A DNA stretch of 63,388 nucleotides, counting the filler, from Stramenopiles sp. TOSAG23-2 (taxonomy: Eukaryota): assembly GCA_900128395.1 (NCBI GenBank). It is 26 parts of 26 records of this genome, joined end to end, with 100 filler letters (N's around TTAATTAATTAA, not from the genome) between each part and the next. Parts side by side here need not be neighbours in the genome. Positions count along the whole stretch, not along the records: positions 9,824 to 12,177 come from LT651820.1; positions 12,278 to 14,630 come from LT651821.1; positions 14,731 to 17,083 come from LT651822.1; positions 17,184 to 19,534 come from LT651823.1; positions 19,635 to 21,983 come from LT651824.1; positions 22,084 to 24,431 come from LT651825.1; 20 more parts are not named here. One strand, written 5' to 3'. Under the pieces are notes generated by a model, which made no database searches, had not been told where the DNA came from, and saw only the letters and a list, made by a program, of their open reading frames with translations. This document shows positions 11,190 through 23,285 of the stretch, in pieces (the stretch's first letter is position 1; the number at the start of each line of letters is the position of its first letter). Position numbers and translations under genes: made by a program.

Positions 11190-12460
11190 ATGGCGTTAGC
11201 ATTATGAATAAACGAATTCCATGGGATGGTGCTAAAATGGTATTTCGTGTATTGTTCGTGAACGAATACCATGGACGATGATAAATATGATTCCTTACAA
11301 ATTAAAATAATTTGTACGGAATTTTATTTACAATATAAGAGAAAAATGTTAAGGGGAAAAAAATTATAAAAAAAAAAAGAAAAAAAAGAATTATTTGAAT
11401 TAACAGAATTGGGTACATGTTATTGGGTACATGTAATAAAATGCATATTTTTTAAAACGAATGTAACGGGGATATAATAAAAAAACAACAATTTTTTTTT
11501 CACCGGTATTATGGGATATTTTTCAAAAAAAAAAATATGTAAATGCATCATCATTATATTAACGAATGATGAAATCGGAGTGAATATGAAATTAAAAAGG
11601 AGTTGAAAGTAAAATGGAGAGAAGGGTATAGATATGGATTTAACGAAACATATTTTACTATACGCATGCACAAAATGCACATGCTAAGGAGACAAATAAA
11701 AACAAAACTGCTACACACACTTTTAAAAAATTTGTGTTTTTTTTTTCAGAAAAGTAAAAGAGCAAAACAAATAAAAAAAAGAAAGCATGTAATGAAATAT
11801 TATATTATTAATATTTTAGGGTGTGTGGCTTATGGAACGGAAAATTGAGGGGGGGGGGGGGGGTTTTTTTTTTTTTTTAGAAAAGAACATGTTTATATAT
11901 GCACATGGCACACAAGGGAAAAAATTTCTTTTAAAGCTATCATAAGATCTTCTTAAATGTGAAAATATATATATATATTACGAGATATAATATCAAATTT
12001 TTTTGAAGGAGGTGTAATATATTTTTTAAATAAAACGCGAAGTTCGTGTGCGATTTAAAACGAGATTAACAAAATATATATAAAAAAGATAAAATATTAA
12101 AATCTCTCTTTTCTTTTAAATAATATGATGGTTAAAATCTAAGTTATAATATTTTTATACTTCTCGTGTTAAAGTAANNNNNNNNNNNNNNNNNNNNNNN
12201 NNNNNNNNNNNNNNNNNNNNNTTAATTAATTAANNNNNNNNNNNNNNNNNNNNNNNNNNNNNNNNNNNNNNNNNNNNTACTATGGCATACACTGCACACA
12301 TATATAAAAATATATATAGGCCTACTGATAAAATAATAATTTAGTTTACATGAAATAAAATATATATATTTTGTACAAAATGTAATAAACTACAAATATT
12401 CATAATAAAAGTTATTTTATGTACACATATATCATATAATGTTGCATGCACCATGGATCT

Positions 12461-14629
12461 TTATTGATGTATTTCCTTGTCCACACCAATATCTGCCCAT
12501 GTAATTTTTTCACCGCATAATGCACCACCTAAATTTCCAACTGCATGACCCCAATTTACCAAATCATTTGCATATTTTAAATGATGGAATGCCATTCTAT
12601 CTTTTAAAATATTCAATGTAATGACACGGGAAAAAAATACTTCACATGTATACTGAAGTTTTTTAATGATTTCATCATAGGCTAAGGCACCAGTGCTAAA
12701 TTGTTTAATTCCATGCAAAAAATGTGGAGAAAACGTATCATTCAAATTGTAGTTGTATCGTTTGATGCCATCGAATCCCTTGTCAACTAAAATGCCGCGC
12801 CCTATCATCAGCATGGACATGAAAGGGCCATACAACTTGCATAACTTTTGTTCAACAACACGTGCTAAATACACACAGGTATGTGCAAACGACAGCCCAC
12901 GATGTGCTGACCAGCTTAAATAACGAATTGCACTGGCCTTCATCTTATTGGACCAGCAACACACTTTTAAGCAACTATTTAAACGTGGAGTGTCAATTAA
13001 TGTGTCTTTGCCATCTAACAGGAATGCTGCATGTTCCCATCCTGTTGCTTTGTAGACAGGCGGGCATACACTATCCAAATATTCAGCGTTTATGGGGATT
13101 GTGGACAAAAGTTTGCCCACTTTCCCCCATAATGGAATATATTTTCTGATCCATTCAGATACACGTTGGTGATGCACATTGAATATTGCTGCTATATCTA
13201 ATGTTGTTGGAAATTTACGCATATACAACAAGCAAGCTAGTGCTTTCTCTGTTTCTGTAATTGGAGGCAAGGGGGTGGCAGTACTGGCATATTTATCATT
13301 ATCTAATGATACATCAAGAACACCATCCTCCAAGAGTACACCCAGTGTACAGTTGGTGAACCACAGCAACGATTCATATGACGGGCATGATCCAACACNN
13401 NNNNNNNNNNNNNNNNNNNNNNNNNNNNNNNNNNNNNNNNNNNNNNNNNNNNNNNNNNNNNNNNNNNNNNNNNNNNNNNNNNNNNNNNNNNNNNNNNNNN
13501 NNNNNNNNNNNNNNNNNNNNNNNNNNNNNNNNNNNNNNNNNNNNNNNNNNNNNNNNCGGATTTTTTTTGTGGTAGGAGGAGGAAAATAAAGATCTTCTAC
13601 AAATACCAGAAAAAACATCTAAATTAGGTGTTTCTAAAGTATTTTTAAAAGTTTTATTTTCCCTCTTCAATCTCTCCATTTCCGCATGCATTTCAGAAAG
13701 TTGTCTTTCTAAATCACGAATTGTTTCAACATATATTTTGCCAGTATGTTTTGGTGATATTCCATCATTTCCATGTTTATTGTCAACTTTTGGTGTCACT
13801 TTGCGAAATTTTTTGTTNNNNNNNNNNNNNNNNNNNNNNNNNNNNNNNNNNNNNNNNNNNNNNNNNNNNNNNNNNNNNNNNNNNNNNNNNNNNNNNNNNN
13901 NNNNNNNNNNNNNNNNNNNNNNNNNNNNNNNNNNNNNNNNNNNNNNNNNNNNNNNNNNNNNNNTAATACCACACTACCAATTTGATTGCCATGATGTAAT
14001 GTCAAAACATTATCAAATATTTCTTTTTTTGACATAGTTGGTAATGCATAATAGCCACCTTTTGGTGAATGATAATGATCTGACATTTCTGTGATATCTT
14101 CTGCTTTAATCAAACTTAGTGGTATCACTACAGCTGCAGCATCTTTTAGTGCAATACAATTTTTTCCAAATGAATTTGTTTGCTTGACTATTTCATACCA
14201 AATCTTTTCATGAAAATGGTGAGCGCACAAATTATTATATTTTGCTCTTGTCCCAACTGATTCAATATTACTAAAAATATTATTAAATCTGCAACTTAAT
14301 ATTTTTACAACTTTAGCATAATAATCATTTGCTAAGAAACGTCTTTCTTTTTCCCCCCGTTCTCGCTTTTTTGTCATTGCCTGTATTTTTTCCCAAGAAT
14401 TAAATTCTTCTTTACATTTTGCAGGAATATGAAAAGCTATGTATTTTGTACCAGTTGTAATTCCATGTGCATAGAAATATTCAGCAAGTCTAACGCAAAT
14501 TCCAGAGTTGGTATGATTGTATGAAAGTTTATTTATATTATTAAACTGTATTCCACATGGACAATGGTGCTTTTGAAAAACCTTGACAAGTGATGTATAA
14601 CCATCTAAGCTTGATCTAGCTTGTAAAAT
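12461..14629 (-). mobile_element. THAP + HTH + DDE_Tnp_4 transposase (PIF/Harbinger-IS5 group, ISL2EU-like), with two internal N gaps, 5' truncated
   Basis: Catalytic triad LLDGKD / ILVDKGF / YTCEVFFSRV; HTH EKALACLLYMR..DIAAIFNV..VS; upstream THAP-like CPCG..FHIP..W..LCAHHF in a frame open from 14629. Confidence 0.8.
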
Positions 14630-14730
14630 GNNNNNNNNNNNNNNNNNNNNNNNNNNNNNNNNNNNNNNNNNNNNTTAATTAATTAANNNNNNNNNNNNNN
14701 NNNNNNNNNNNNNNNNNNNNNNNNNNNNNN

Positions 14731-15357
14731 CCATAAACGATTCATGATAAATGCAGCTAGCGTATGTCCACTTAAATATGCACCATACGCATCATGTACT
14801 TTTTTAAATTGAGGTGGTGTAATAAATCCTTCTTTAACAATCACAAAGTCATTATTTAGACGTTGATTTGGAAACGAATCAATACATTTTGCTAATCCCA
14901 ACATAGGAAATAAATCAGCATAATAATCAGTCGTATCCACTGTATTATTTAGCATTTCTTTTCGTTGTATAATTAATGGCTTCTTTTGATAATGTTCTTT
15001 AAAAAATTTCTCTCTTGGGAATGGATGTAATATCCAATCGAGTCCAACATTTTTTGGCATTTTCCTTTCCAATGCTTTGTTTTTTCGCCCGTTACGACGA
15101 TTTTTTCCAGAGATACTATTTTCCTGTTGCTCCATGAACGCTTGACATCCTTCCCCACTCCACGTACCATCAGCTTTCATTTCACATTCAATTGGTGGTG
15201 CAGCATTCATAGCAGTTGCCTTCTTCTTCTTTTTCTTCTTTTGTTTTACATTTTTTCGCTTCCGATTCTTAGATTTTTTACTTGCCACCATATTATTACA
15301 TAAAATTACCATCAAACACATGGTTATTGCTACAATGAATATATAATTTTTATTCAT
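14731..15357 (-). CDS. JmjC/cupin_4 (NO66/MINA-like) oxygenase N-terminal part with signal-peptide-like leader, 3' truncated
   Basis: DWILHPFPREKFFKEHYQKKPLIIQR..AYLSGHTL..RLW matches the start of ribosomal-oxygenase-type JmjC proteins; hydrophobic leader MNKNYIFIVAITMCLMVILC. Confidence 0.7.
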
Positions 15358-16153
15358 TATGAAATAATAGAATTTATTATTTTTTTAGTCTTTTTTAATG
15401 AAAATAATAATTAATCCAATTTGTTGATTTATAAAATAATAATAAAAAAAGAACTAAAATACAAACCACTGAATATGAAATTCAAAAGGCAATTCTTTTT
15501 TTATTTCCTACAAAGAATATACAAATACAATTCAATCTACACCTTCTCCAATCGTTGATTACAATATTTCCTGTGTATGTATGATAGACGACTATATTGA
15601 TGACACACAAACCACATCTATTTTAAATACTGTATAAAATTGTTTAGGCCTCTCTCTCGTGATGATGGAGAGAGACATCGAGACATCTGGACATCACAAA
15701 AGTCTATGGACCTTACACATTAACATCCTCATACCACCGGTGGTTAATATGAGGATGAACCTTATAATAATATTATATAGCATTGGCATAGCATTATTAA
15801 TAGCTAAAGCGTATCCATTTTACATTTCGGTATAAGTTGATATGATGATCCAGTACTGTGGAGTACGTAATAACATCGAGGAGGAAGAAAAAAAATGAAT
15901 AATTAGCACTGCAATAATATTACAATAATAATATTACCTGGTATAGCACAATACATTATATTATATTTCTAGTTGCACCTAAAACAAATAATAGATATTT
16001 AATAATACATGTATTTATAACAAATAGAACAAAACATCATTATCATCATCTTTCATGTTCATATACAAGAACGATCATATTTTACATTTTCAATCTTAAT
16101 AATTTATCACATACCATACACTTGTCATTGTTATATATATATATATATATATC

Positions 16154-16939
16154 ATGGAACCTATTTTTGAAAATGAAAGTGACGCAGCAGAGAAACAATT
16201 TGAACATTTTTATATTGTGGTAGATTTAGATAAAAGACAAAAAGGGAAGCTAAGTATAGTGAATAGCCATTTAATAGTAAATAATAAAGTGGAGGGAGGC
16301 CCATATTTAAAGTTTGAAAGTATAAATGGTAGAACAATATGGAAAGAAAATATAAATGATATTCAATCTATTGAAAAAGTTGCACAAAGTGAGGTAGATT
16401 TACGTTTAGTTATGACGGATGAATCTAAATCTGTTTTTTTTCGTTTTCTAACAGATGAGGCAAAGCTTGAAATAACATTAATATTGTCGAAGATAAATAC
16501 AAGAATAAGACTCTTAGATGATTCGATCATTGCATCAGCAGATGGTTCTAGTATAATTTATAAAGTTAATATGGTAACAAAAACAAACAGGCACCCAAAG
16601 ACAATTGAAGTTGATTTAATAACAGGAACAATAACAAGAAGAGGTACTGGTAATATTAGGGACATAATGGACATAGATAATGATTTAGTTGTAGAAGCAT
16701 CTACTGCAAGCGATACGCGTCAACTAACGTACCGAAGTATTAGTAAACGTAATGTCCCACCATGTACCATTATTTTTTCGTCCTGCATTCATGTGTATGA
16801 TTTTATATCACATATAATAAAAATACGAGAAAATTTGCCACAACGACCTAAAAAACCATACAACATGAAAGATTTCGAACGATTAAATCTGTATGGAAAA
16901 AAAGGTGTTTTGGTAGGATGTGGGGGGTGGAAAAATTAG
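16154..16939 (+). CDS. Hypothetical protein with possible tandem PH-like domains; true 3' end uncertain (possible GTATGG donor at 16891)
   Basis: 261-aa ORF with two beta-rich segments each ending in an amphipathic helix; C-terminal residues look non-coding. Confidence 0.5.
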   Translation: MEPIFENESDAAEKQFEHFYIVVDLDKRQKGKLSIVNSHLIVNNKVEGGPYLKFESINGRTIWKENINDIQSIEKVAQSEVDLRLVMTDESKSVFFRFLTDEAKLEITLILSKINTRIRLLDDSIIASADGSSIIYKVNMVTKTNRHPKTIEVDLITGTITRRGTGNIRDIMDIDNDLVVEASTASDTRQLTYRSISKRNVPPCTIIFSSCIHVYDFISHIIKIRENLPQRPKKPYNMKDFERLNLYGKKGVLVGCGGWKN

Positions 16940-17194
16940 AAAAAACAGAAGAAAAGTAAAATTATGCATTAATGCAATTACAGCGCAGGGGGCAAGGGTG
17001 CGACAATGTGTGTGTGAATAAAAATTGAAAAAAATGTCTGTGCGGTGTGCGGGTTAAAAAATCTAAAAGTTAAAAATAAAAAANNNNNNNNNNNNNNNNN
17101 NNNNNNNNNNNNNNNNNNNNNNNNNNNTTAATTAATTAANNNNNNNNNNNNNNNNNNNNNNNNNNNNNNNNNNNNNNNNNNNNGTATACTTGAA

Positions 17195-19258
17195 ATGTCA
17201 GTGGGTCATAATTTTTTATTGCATCAAGCTTCACAGCCCGCGCCTCAACAACAAAGCACGACGTTAGTGCGATGTCCAAGATGTTCTTTGCTTTTACGTG
17301 CTCCACCTGGTGCACCTCAATTTAGGTGTCCATGTGGTATTTTATTAGCTTTGCAAAACAACGGAAATGGACGAGGTAATAATCGAATAAGTAGTTGGCA
17401 ATGTCATTTATGTAGTCATACAAATTCTGCCCGTATCGGTGCATGTGTCATGTGTGGCGCACAAAAACAATTAGGAAATAGTGCAGGTAGTAAAAGTGCC
17501 GAGTCTAGTGCTGATGCTTTTCGTTTAAGGCGTGCTAATCAATTAAGAAAGTCAAAACGACAATGGAAAAGACAACGTGGGCAGGATGGGACATATACAT
17601 GGGTGCGACAAATGGAAGAGGAGGAAGTGAATATAAATATTGGTGCAATTGAGATCGAGGGTGATGATGAATTATCAAAAATGTCGGCAAATGAATTGAA
17701 AGCTCGAATACAAGCAATGGGATTTGAATATGATGATTGCATAGAAAAGAAAGATTTAGTAGAACGTTGTGTCGAAGCACATCATTCCGTGAATGATTTA
17801 TCTGTAACAGATTTAAAAACACGTCTTGATGTACTAAATGTTGATCATTCGCAATGCATTGAAAAGACAGAATTAGTGCGAAAATTAAGACGTGAATCTA
17901 CGAAACGTGGTAAATCGGAAATGGCATCTGCAGTGCAAGAGGAAAGTGCCACGGAGGCAGGGTGGGTGCGTCAAATTGGCATCGATGGTCGCATCACATT
18001 AGTTCCAGCATCTGGGCAAAAAGTACATGGGACGGGTGGTGTAGGGATGAATATTCAAGAGGACGATATGGAAGGTGCAGCTGCATTGCCATTTGAAAAC
18101 AAAGTTAGGTATTTTAATTTATTTTTACAGCATAAAGTAAAAGTTGCTAGGGAACATGGTGTGGTAAAAGTCCAAGTCAGAAGGGATTCAATATTGCAAG
18201 ATAGTTTCGGTGCGATCTTGCGAATGAAGCCGGATGATTTTAGAAGAGCATTTATGTATGAATTTCAACACGAGCAAGGGCTTGATTATGGTGGTGTGTC
18301 ACGGGAATATTACACATTACTTTTTAATGAAATTTTCAATGTTGATTTTGGCTTATTCCATTACAGTGCCGTCAGTAATTTATCATTTAGTATTAATCCA
18401 AACTCTGGAGTTGCAAATGAATTGCATTTGGATTATTTTCGCTTCGTAGGGCGAATATTAGCAAAAGCTATGTTAGATGGGTATACTTGCCCACATCATT
18501 TAAGTTTGCCATTGTATAAACATATTATCGGATTCCCAGTTGGTTTATCAGACGTGGAATACGTCGATACGTTGTTAGGAAAGACATTGAGGCAAGTGTT
18601 GGATATTGATGATAATGAAGTGGAAGCAATGTGTCTAGATTTTACTGCAACGGTGACTAGTTTTGGAAAAACAATGGTACAACCGCTGAAACAAAATGGT
18701 GAAAATATAGATGTAACGCCTGAAAATCGAAATGAATATGTGAAATTGATGATACAATATATGTTGCTACATCGAGTGAACGGACAGCTTGGTATGTTTT
18801 TGAAGGGATTTTATGAAATTATTCCTCAGAATTTAATTTCAATCTTTGATTTCCAAGAATTAGAACTGTTAGTTTGTGGCTTACCATCTATTGATTTAGG
18901 AGATTGGAAAGAGAATACAGTATATAAAGGCGCATTTGCAACGAAAAAGGAAAATCATAAAGTGGTGAAATGGTTTTGGAAAGCTGCTGGTGAATACAGT
19001 CAAGAGCAACGTGCAAGGCTATTGCAATTTATCACTGGGACATCCCGTGTGCCAGTGCAAGGGTTCCAAGGTTTACAAGGAAATGATGGTACCTTACGCC
19101 CATTTACAATCGATCACATTGCATTGTCTACCAGTAGGTTTCCACGTGCCCACACTTGTTTTAATAGAATAGATTTGCCCTTATACGAAACGGAAGAAGA
19201 GTTACGGGCATGTTTAGACGGCGCGATACACCAAGAATGTTTCTTCGGAATTGAGTAA
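17195..19258 (+). CDS. HECT E3 ubiquitin ligase (NEDD4-type HECT) with LSD1-like and RanBP2 zinc fingers and two SAP-like repeats
   Basis: GLDYGGVSREYY, LLQFITGTSRVP, FPRAHTCFNRIDLP (catalytic Cys); CPRC..CPCG; WQCHLC..N..CVMCG; two ELK..CIEKxxLV repeats. Frame is open to the contig edge. Confidence 0.95.
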   Translation: MSVGHNFLLHQASQPAPQQQSTTLVRCPRCSLLLRAPPGAPQFRCPCGILLALQNNGNGRGNNRISSWQCHLCSHTNSARIGACVMCGAQKQLGNSAGSKSAESSADAFRLRRANQLRKSKRQWKRQRGQDGTYTWVRQMEEEEVNINIGAIEIEGDDELSKMSANELKARIQAMGFEYDDCIEKKDLVERCVEAHHSVNDLSVTDLKTRLDVLNVDHSQCIEKTELVRKLRRESTKRGKSEMASAVQEESATEAGWVRQIGIDGRITLVPASGQKVHGTGGVGMNIQEDDMEGAAALPFENKVRYFNLFLQHKVKVAREHGVVKVQVRRDSILQDSFGAILRMKPDDFRRAFMYEFQHEQGLDYGGVSREYYTLLFNEIFNVDFGLFHYSAVSNLSFSINPNSGVANELHLDYFRFVGRILAKAMLDGYTCPHHLSLPLYKHIIGFPVGLSDVEYVDTLLGKTLRQVLDIDDNEVEAMCLDFTATVTSFGKTMVQPLKQNGENIDVTPENRNEYVKLMIQYMLLHRVNGQLGMFLKGFYEIIPQNLISIFDFQELELLVCGLPSIDLGDWKENTVYKGAFATKKENHKVVKWFWKAAGEYSQEQRARLLQFITGTSRVPVQGFQGLQGNDGTLRPFTIDHIALSTSRFPRAHTCFNRIDLPLYETEEELRACLDGAIHQECFFGIE

Positions 19259-20012
19259 AAAGATAATAAAAATAATAAAAAGTATTGCGCGTACATATAT
19301 ATAAATACGAGAGTATTATATTTAATTTACGCACATATAATATTATTTGTATTTTATCGTAGTTATAAAAATTTACACGAGACACATAATTATATATACG
19401 AAGTATATTTAATATATTTGTATTTTATCGTACGTAGTTATAAAAATTTTACACTTCTCGTAATATGCTCAAGATACTGAATCGCAAGAATAATATGCTA
19501 TCCTACTATAGTAAAGCTCTAATGCATCTATTCANNNNNNNNNNNNNNNNNNNNNNNNNNNNNNNNNNNNNNNNNNNNTTAATTAATTAANNNNNNNNNN
19601 NNNNNNNNNNNNNNNNNNNNNNNNNNNNNNNNNNACCTATACCAGGTACTTTTTTCTTGAAAAAAAATGTGCTAATCCCATAATAAGGTATTATATACCA
19701 AGATGTATTTTTGTAGGTTCTGTATTCTAATCTCCCTTTCAACTTTCAAGTATATTTATAACTACCTTATTGTATGTTTTACACCACTTTTTCAAATTTC
19801 GAAAAATTGCTCACAATTAGAACAATATGATGATGGAATAATTTCAATAATAATGTGGCAGTTAAAACCTTTGTAAACTAATTAGATACATAATACAAAA
19901 AAATTGTTAACAAGACATACACTCTCTCACTAAAGTAAAAATTGAGTAAGAATAATAATAATAAATAAATAAAAGAAATCCATAAGATTTATATACATAA
20001 AAGGTACAAAAC

Positions 20013-21896
20013 ATGTCATCAAGGTATAATATACATGAACGTGTTGGTAAAGGTTCATATGGGGACGTATATCGTGCAACATGCATTGAAACAAAGGAAG
20101 AACGTGCTATTAAAATTATTGATTTGGAATATTCAGATGATGATGTTGAGGAAGTTAGAAAAGAAATATCTATCATGTCAGAATTACGTTCTAAATATTT
20201 AACAAGATTGCATGAATCTTTTGCAGAGGGTCAAAAGTTATATATTGTTATGGAATATTTAAACGGTGGTTCCTTACGAGATTTAATAGATGAAATGCCT
20301 GAAGACGATGAAGAGGATAGTAATAATAATAATAGCAAGAAAAAGAATAGCAGCAATACAGGTGCTTTCCCAGAAAGCGTATGTGCATATATTATCCGCC
20401 AAGTCCTCTTTGGTTTGGACTATTTGCATAAAAATGGCAAAATACACCGTGATTTAAAATGTGAAAATTTATTGATGAATAAAGATGGCGCAGTTAAGTT
20501 AGGTGATTTTGGCGGTACAGGAAGGTTAACAGAGACGGATGATAAACGGAATACTTTTGTTGGTTCTCCATTTTGGATGGCACCTGAAGTTATTAAGGAA
20601 AACGATTATGACACTGCTGCGGATATATGGTCGTTAGGGATTACAGCAATTGAATTAGCAAAAGGACATCCACCATACGCACAATTGCATGCATTACGTG
20701 TTTTATTTTTAATACCAAAAAATCCAGCACCTGTACTTGATGGAAATAATTTTAGTAAAAATTTTAAAGATTTTATACGTTTATGCTTAAATAAAAATCC
20801 AGCACGAAGACCAACAGCTAGTGAATTATTAAAACATCCATTTGTTGCATTTGGTTCATCAGGTTATACACGAAGAAAAAATGAATTAATTAAAATAGCG
20901 AAGAAAATATTTTTAGAACGTGATGAGGAAGATGATGATGACGAGGATGATGTAGAAGAAGAAGAAGAAGAAGAAGAACAAGAGGAAGATAAAGAAGAGG
21001 AAGGTGAAAAGAACAACACAACAACAAACAAAGCTGAAAATCGAACAACTAATGATAAGAAGAAATCTACAACTTCTAATACTAGCAATAGTGTAGATGA
21101 TGCATGGGATTTTTCTTCGATACGCTTACCAAAAAAAGCATCTTCAACGACGTCAGGGGTAACAGTAGCATCAAATAAAGTTTTACAAAATCTTTCTTTA
21201 CAAGAACAATTAAATATTGCAAAAAAAGGCGTATCCGCTGCAATTCAAGTTCCTGGGAATAACAACAACAACAGCAACAATAATACAAATATGGATAGGG
21301 AAAATTTTAATAATAATAATATCAACAACAGTAAGAACAACAACAACAAAATGGGAAGAAACATACAAAATAACGGACATTTTCATCAACACCATACATT
21401 ACAAAATGCATGGAAACCTAAATCATTTTATTCTGTATATGGTAATGGTGATAATATGCATACTATCAGTGGTGGTGTTGGTTCTTCCTCTTCCATTGAT
21501 AATATAGGATTTCCATTACATAATGCTATCAACAAACCAACGATATTAGAAGAAGCGGTATTTCCATCCATTGAAAAAGTTGCTAGTAGCGTTGAACAAC
21601 GAGATGCACAATTTGCTGATGTTATGGGTGCATTGTCGCAATTAAAAAGTTCCTTGCAAATGTTAGAAAAATGTACTGCAAATGGATTGCAAGAAGGTGA
21701 TTTAGTAAATAATTTATTTGCAAGTATTTTTTGTTTAAGTCAAAATAGCAAAGTAAGTGCAATTAAACATTTATATGAACAACCATCCATATCAATAGAA
21801 AATACAAATTTCCATGACGTGAAAAAAGTTGTTCAAAAGACAAATGAAATGATGGAAGAATGGGAAAGTCGTGTTGAAAAGTTGTTACAGCAATGA
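20013..21896 (+). CDS. STE20/GCK-III (MST3/STK25-like) Ser/Thr kinase
   Basis: GKGSYGDV, AIKIIDLE, HRDLKCEN, DFG, TFVGSPFWMAPEVI, RVLFLIPKNPAP. Confidence 0.95.
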   Translation: MSSRYNIHERVGKGSYGDVYRATCIETKEERAIKIIDLEYSDDDVEEVRKEISIMSELRSKYLTRLHESFAEGQKLYIVMEYLNGGSLRDLIDEMPEDDEEDSNNNNSKKKNSSNTGAFPESVCAYIIRQVLFGLDYLHKNGKIHRDLKCENLLMNKDGAVKLGDFGGTGRLTETDDKRNTFVGSPFWMAPEVIKENDYDTAADIWSLGITAIELAKGHPPYAQLHALRVLFLIPKNPAPVLDGNNFSKNFKDFIRLCLNKNPARRPTASELLKHPFVAFGSSGYTRRKNELIKIAKKIFLERDEEDDDDEDDVEEEEEEEEQEEDKEEEGEKNNTTTNKAENRTTNDKKKSTTSNTSNSVDDAWDFSSIRLPKKASSTTSGVTVASNKVLQNLSLQEQLNIAKKGVSAAIQVPGNNNNNSNNNTNMDRENFNNNNINNSKNNNNKMGRNIQNNGHFHQHHTLQNAWKPKSFYSVYGNGDNMHTISGGVGSSSSIDNIGFPLHNAINKPTILEEAVFPSIEKVASSVEQRDAQFADVMGALSQLKSSLQMLEKCTANGLQEGDLVNNLFASIFCLSQNSKVSAIKHLYEQPSISIENTNFHDVKKVVQKTNEMMEEWESRVEKLLQQ

Positions 21897-22084
21897 ACAC
21901 GAAGAGAGAGAGAGAGAGAGTTTTTTGTTGGAAATGCTGCAAATACTGCAGTGCAACTAAGTAGATTAGGAATCAAATCTATTNNNNNNNNNNNNNNNNN
22001 NNNNNNNNNNNNNNNNNNNNNNNNNNNTTAATTAATTAANNNNNNNNNNNNNNNNNNNNNNNNNNNNNNNNNNNNNNNNNNNNA

Positions 22085-22354
22085 ATAGTTAAATATTTGA
22101 TTGGACAAGGTGAAGCTGATCCTAATATTGCAACTAGTCGTGGATGTAATGCATTATATTATGCAGCATGGAATAACAAAAAGGATACGGAGTTGATTGA
22201 GTTGTTATTAACTAATATGTCTCTTACTAGCATTAATAACAAGGGCGGGTACGGGGACACTCCCCTGGACAAGGCATATAAATATAATAATAATAGTCCA
22301 ATTCAACAAAAGATCATTGATCTTATACGTTCAAAAGGTGGAAAACGTGGTTAA
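22085..22354 (+). CDS. Ankyrin-repeat protein, C-terminal fragment (paralog of 2-268)
   Basis: KYLIGQGEADPNI..NKKDTELIELLLTNM..TPLD..QKIIDLIRSKGGKRG, near-identical to the contig-1 copy. Confidence 0.85.
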   Translation: MVKYLIGQGEADPNIATSRGCNALYYAAWNNKKDTELIELLLTNMSLTSINNKGGYGDTPLDKAYKYNNNSPIQQKIIDLIRSKGGKRG

Positions 22355-23285
22355 AGAGTGAATTATAAAAATAACATATATAATATATATAAAATACAAA
22401 AATTTAATAAAAATATAGAATAAACAATAAAGATAACCAGATCTACACACATCTCACATCTCTTCACCGTACCATTTAATTACACTTCTTTATTTTTTAA
22501 TATATATTTTATGTACGAATACGAACGCAATCATTTATCGTGTTTAAACTAATTAATTGTGGAGTTCATTCGAAAATGTTTTAACTAAAATTAACTAAAA
22601 ATGTTGTGAACAGAAAACATTTTTTATATATATATTACATATTAATATAACAAATAACAATCAAACAATCAATGCAAGTCATTCAATTATCCCCTCATCC
22701 CTATACAATCCATCGGAATCCACTTATTTACGACTTTGTAATAAAGTAATAAATATAATATATAAAAACAGTTAATTTGTAATATAATGAATAATTTTAA
22801 GGTTAACTTTGAAATTTAAAAGACGATAATGTGTAGTAAATTTGTAAAAGCACACAGTGTAATATACACAAGTTAACGTTGAAGCAATATTATATATAAA
22901 CCAACATAGGATAACATCCATACCAGTGGTTACGTACCATTTTATGGTATGAATGATGTATAAATTGATTCTTTTGATAAAAAAAATTGACTAAATGGAG
23001 TAATGAAGTAATGGAGTAAGAGAGATATAAACAAATTAACTACTAAAAAATTGAATTTTATATAAAAATATATATACAGAAGTTATTAATGTTTTTAAAA
23101 CAGCGCAGGATAAATGGATCGATAAATGCACAAATCACATCAAACGCCATCTCCTCCCCACAAATCATCACACACAAACAATATATATAATTATATAACA
23201 ATCAAAATACGAGACGTACTTCTCACAACGACTCATCCGATAATAACCCTTTTCGTTCCTCACGACCACCAACACGATTATCATC

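Noticed and set aside
11849-11878. Poly-G/poly-T run as a G-quadruplex or telomere
   Set aside because: Simple homopolymers, error-prone in assembly, with no repeat unit.
9825-14629. PIWI next to a transposase as a linked defence or RNA-guided transposition system
   Set aside because: They lie on different contigs separated by an artificial spacer (12178-12277); adjacency reflects length sorting only.
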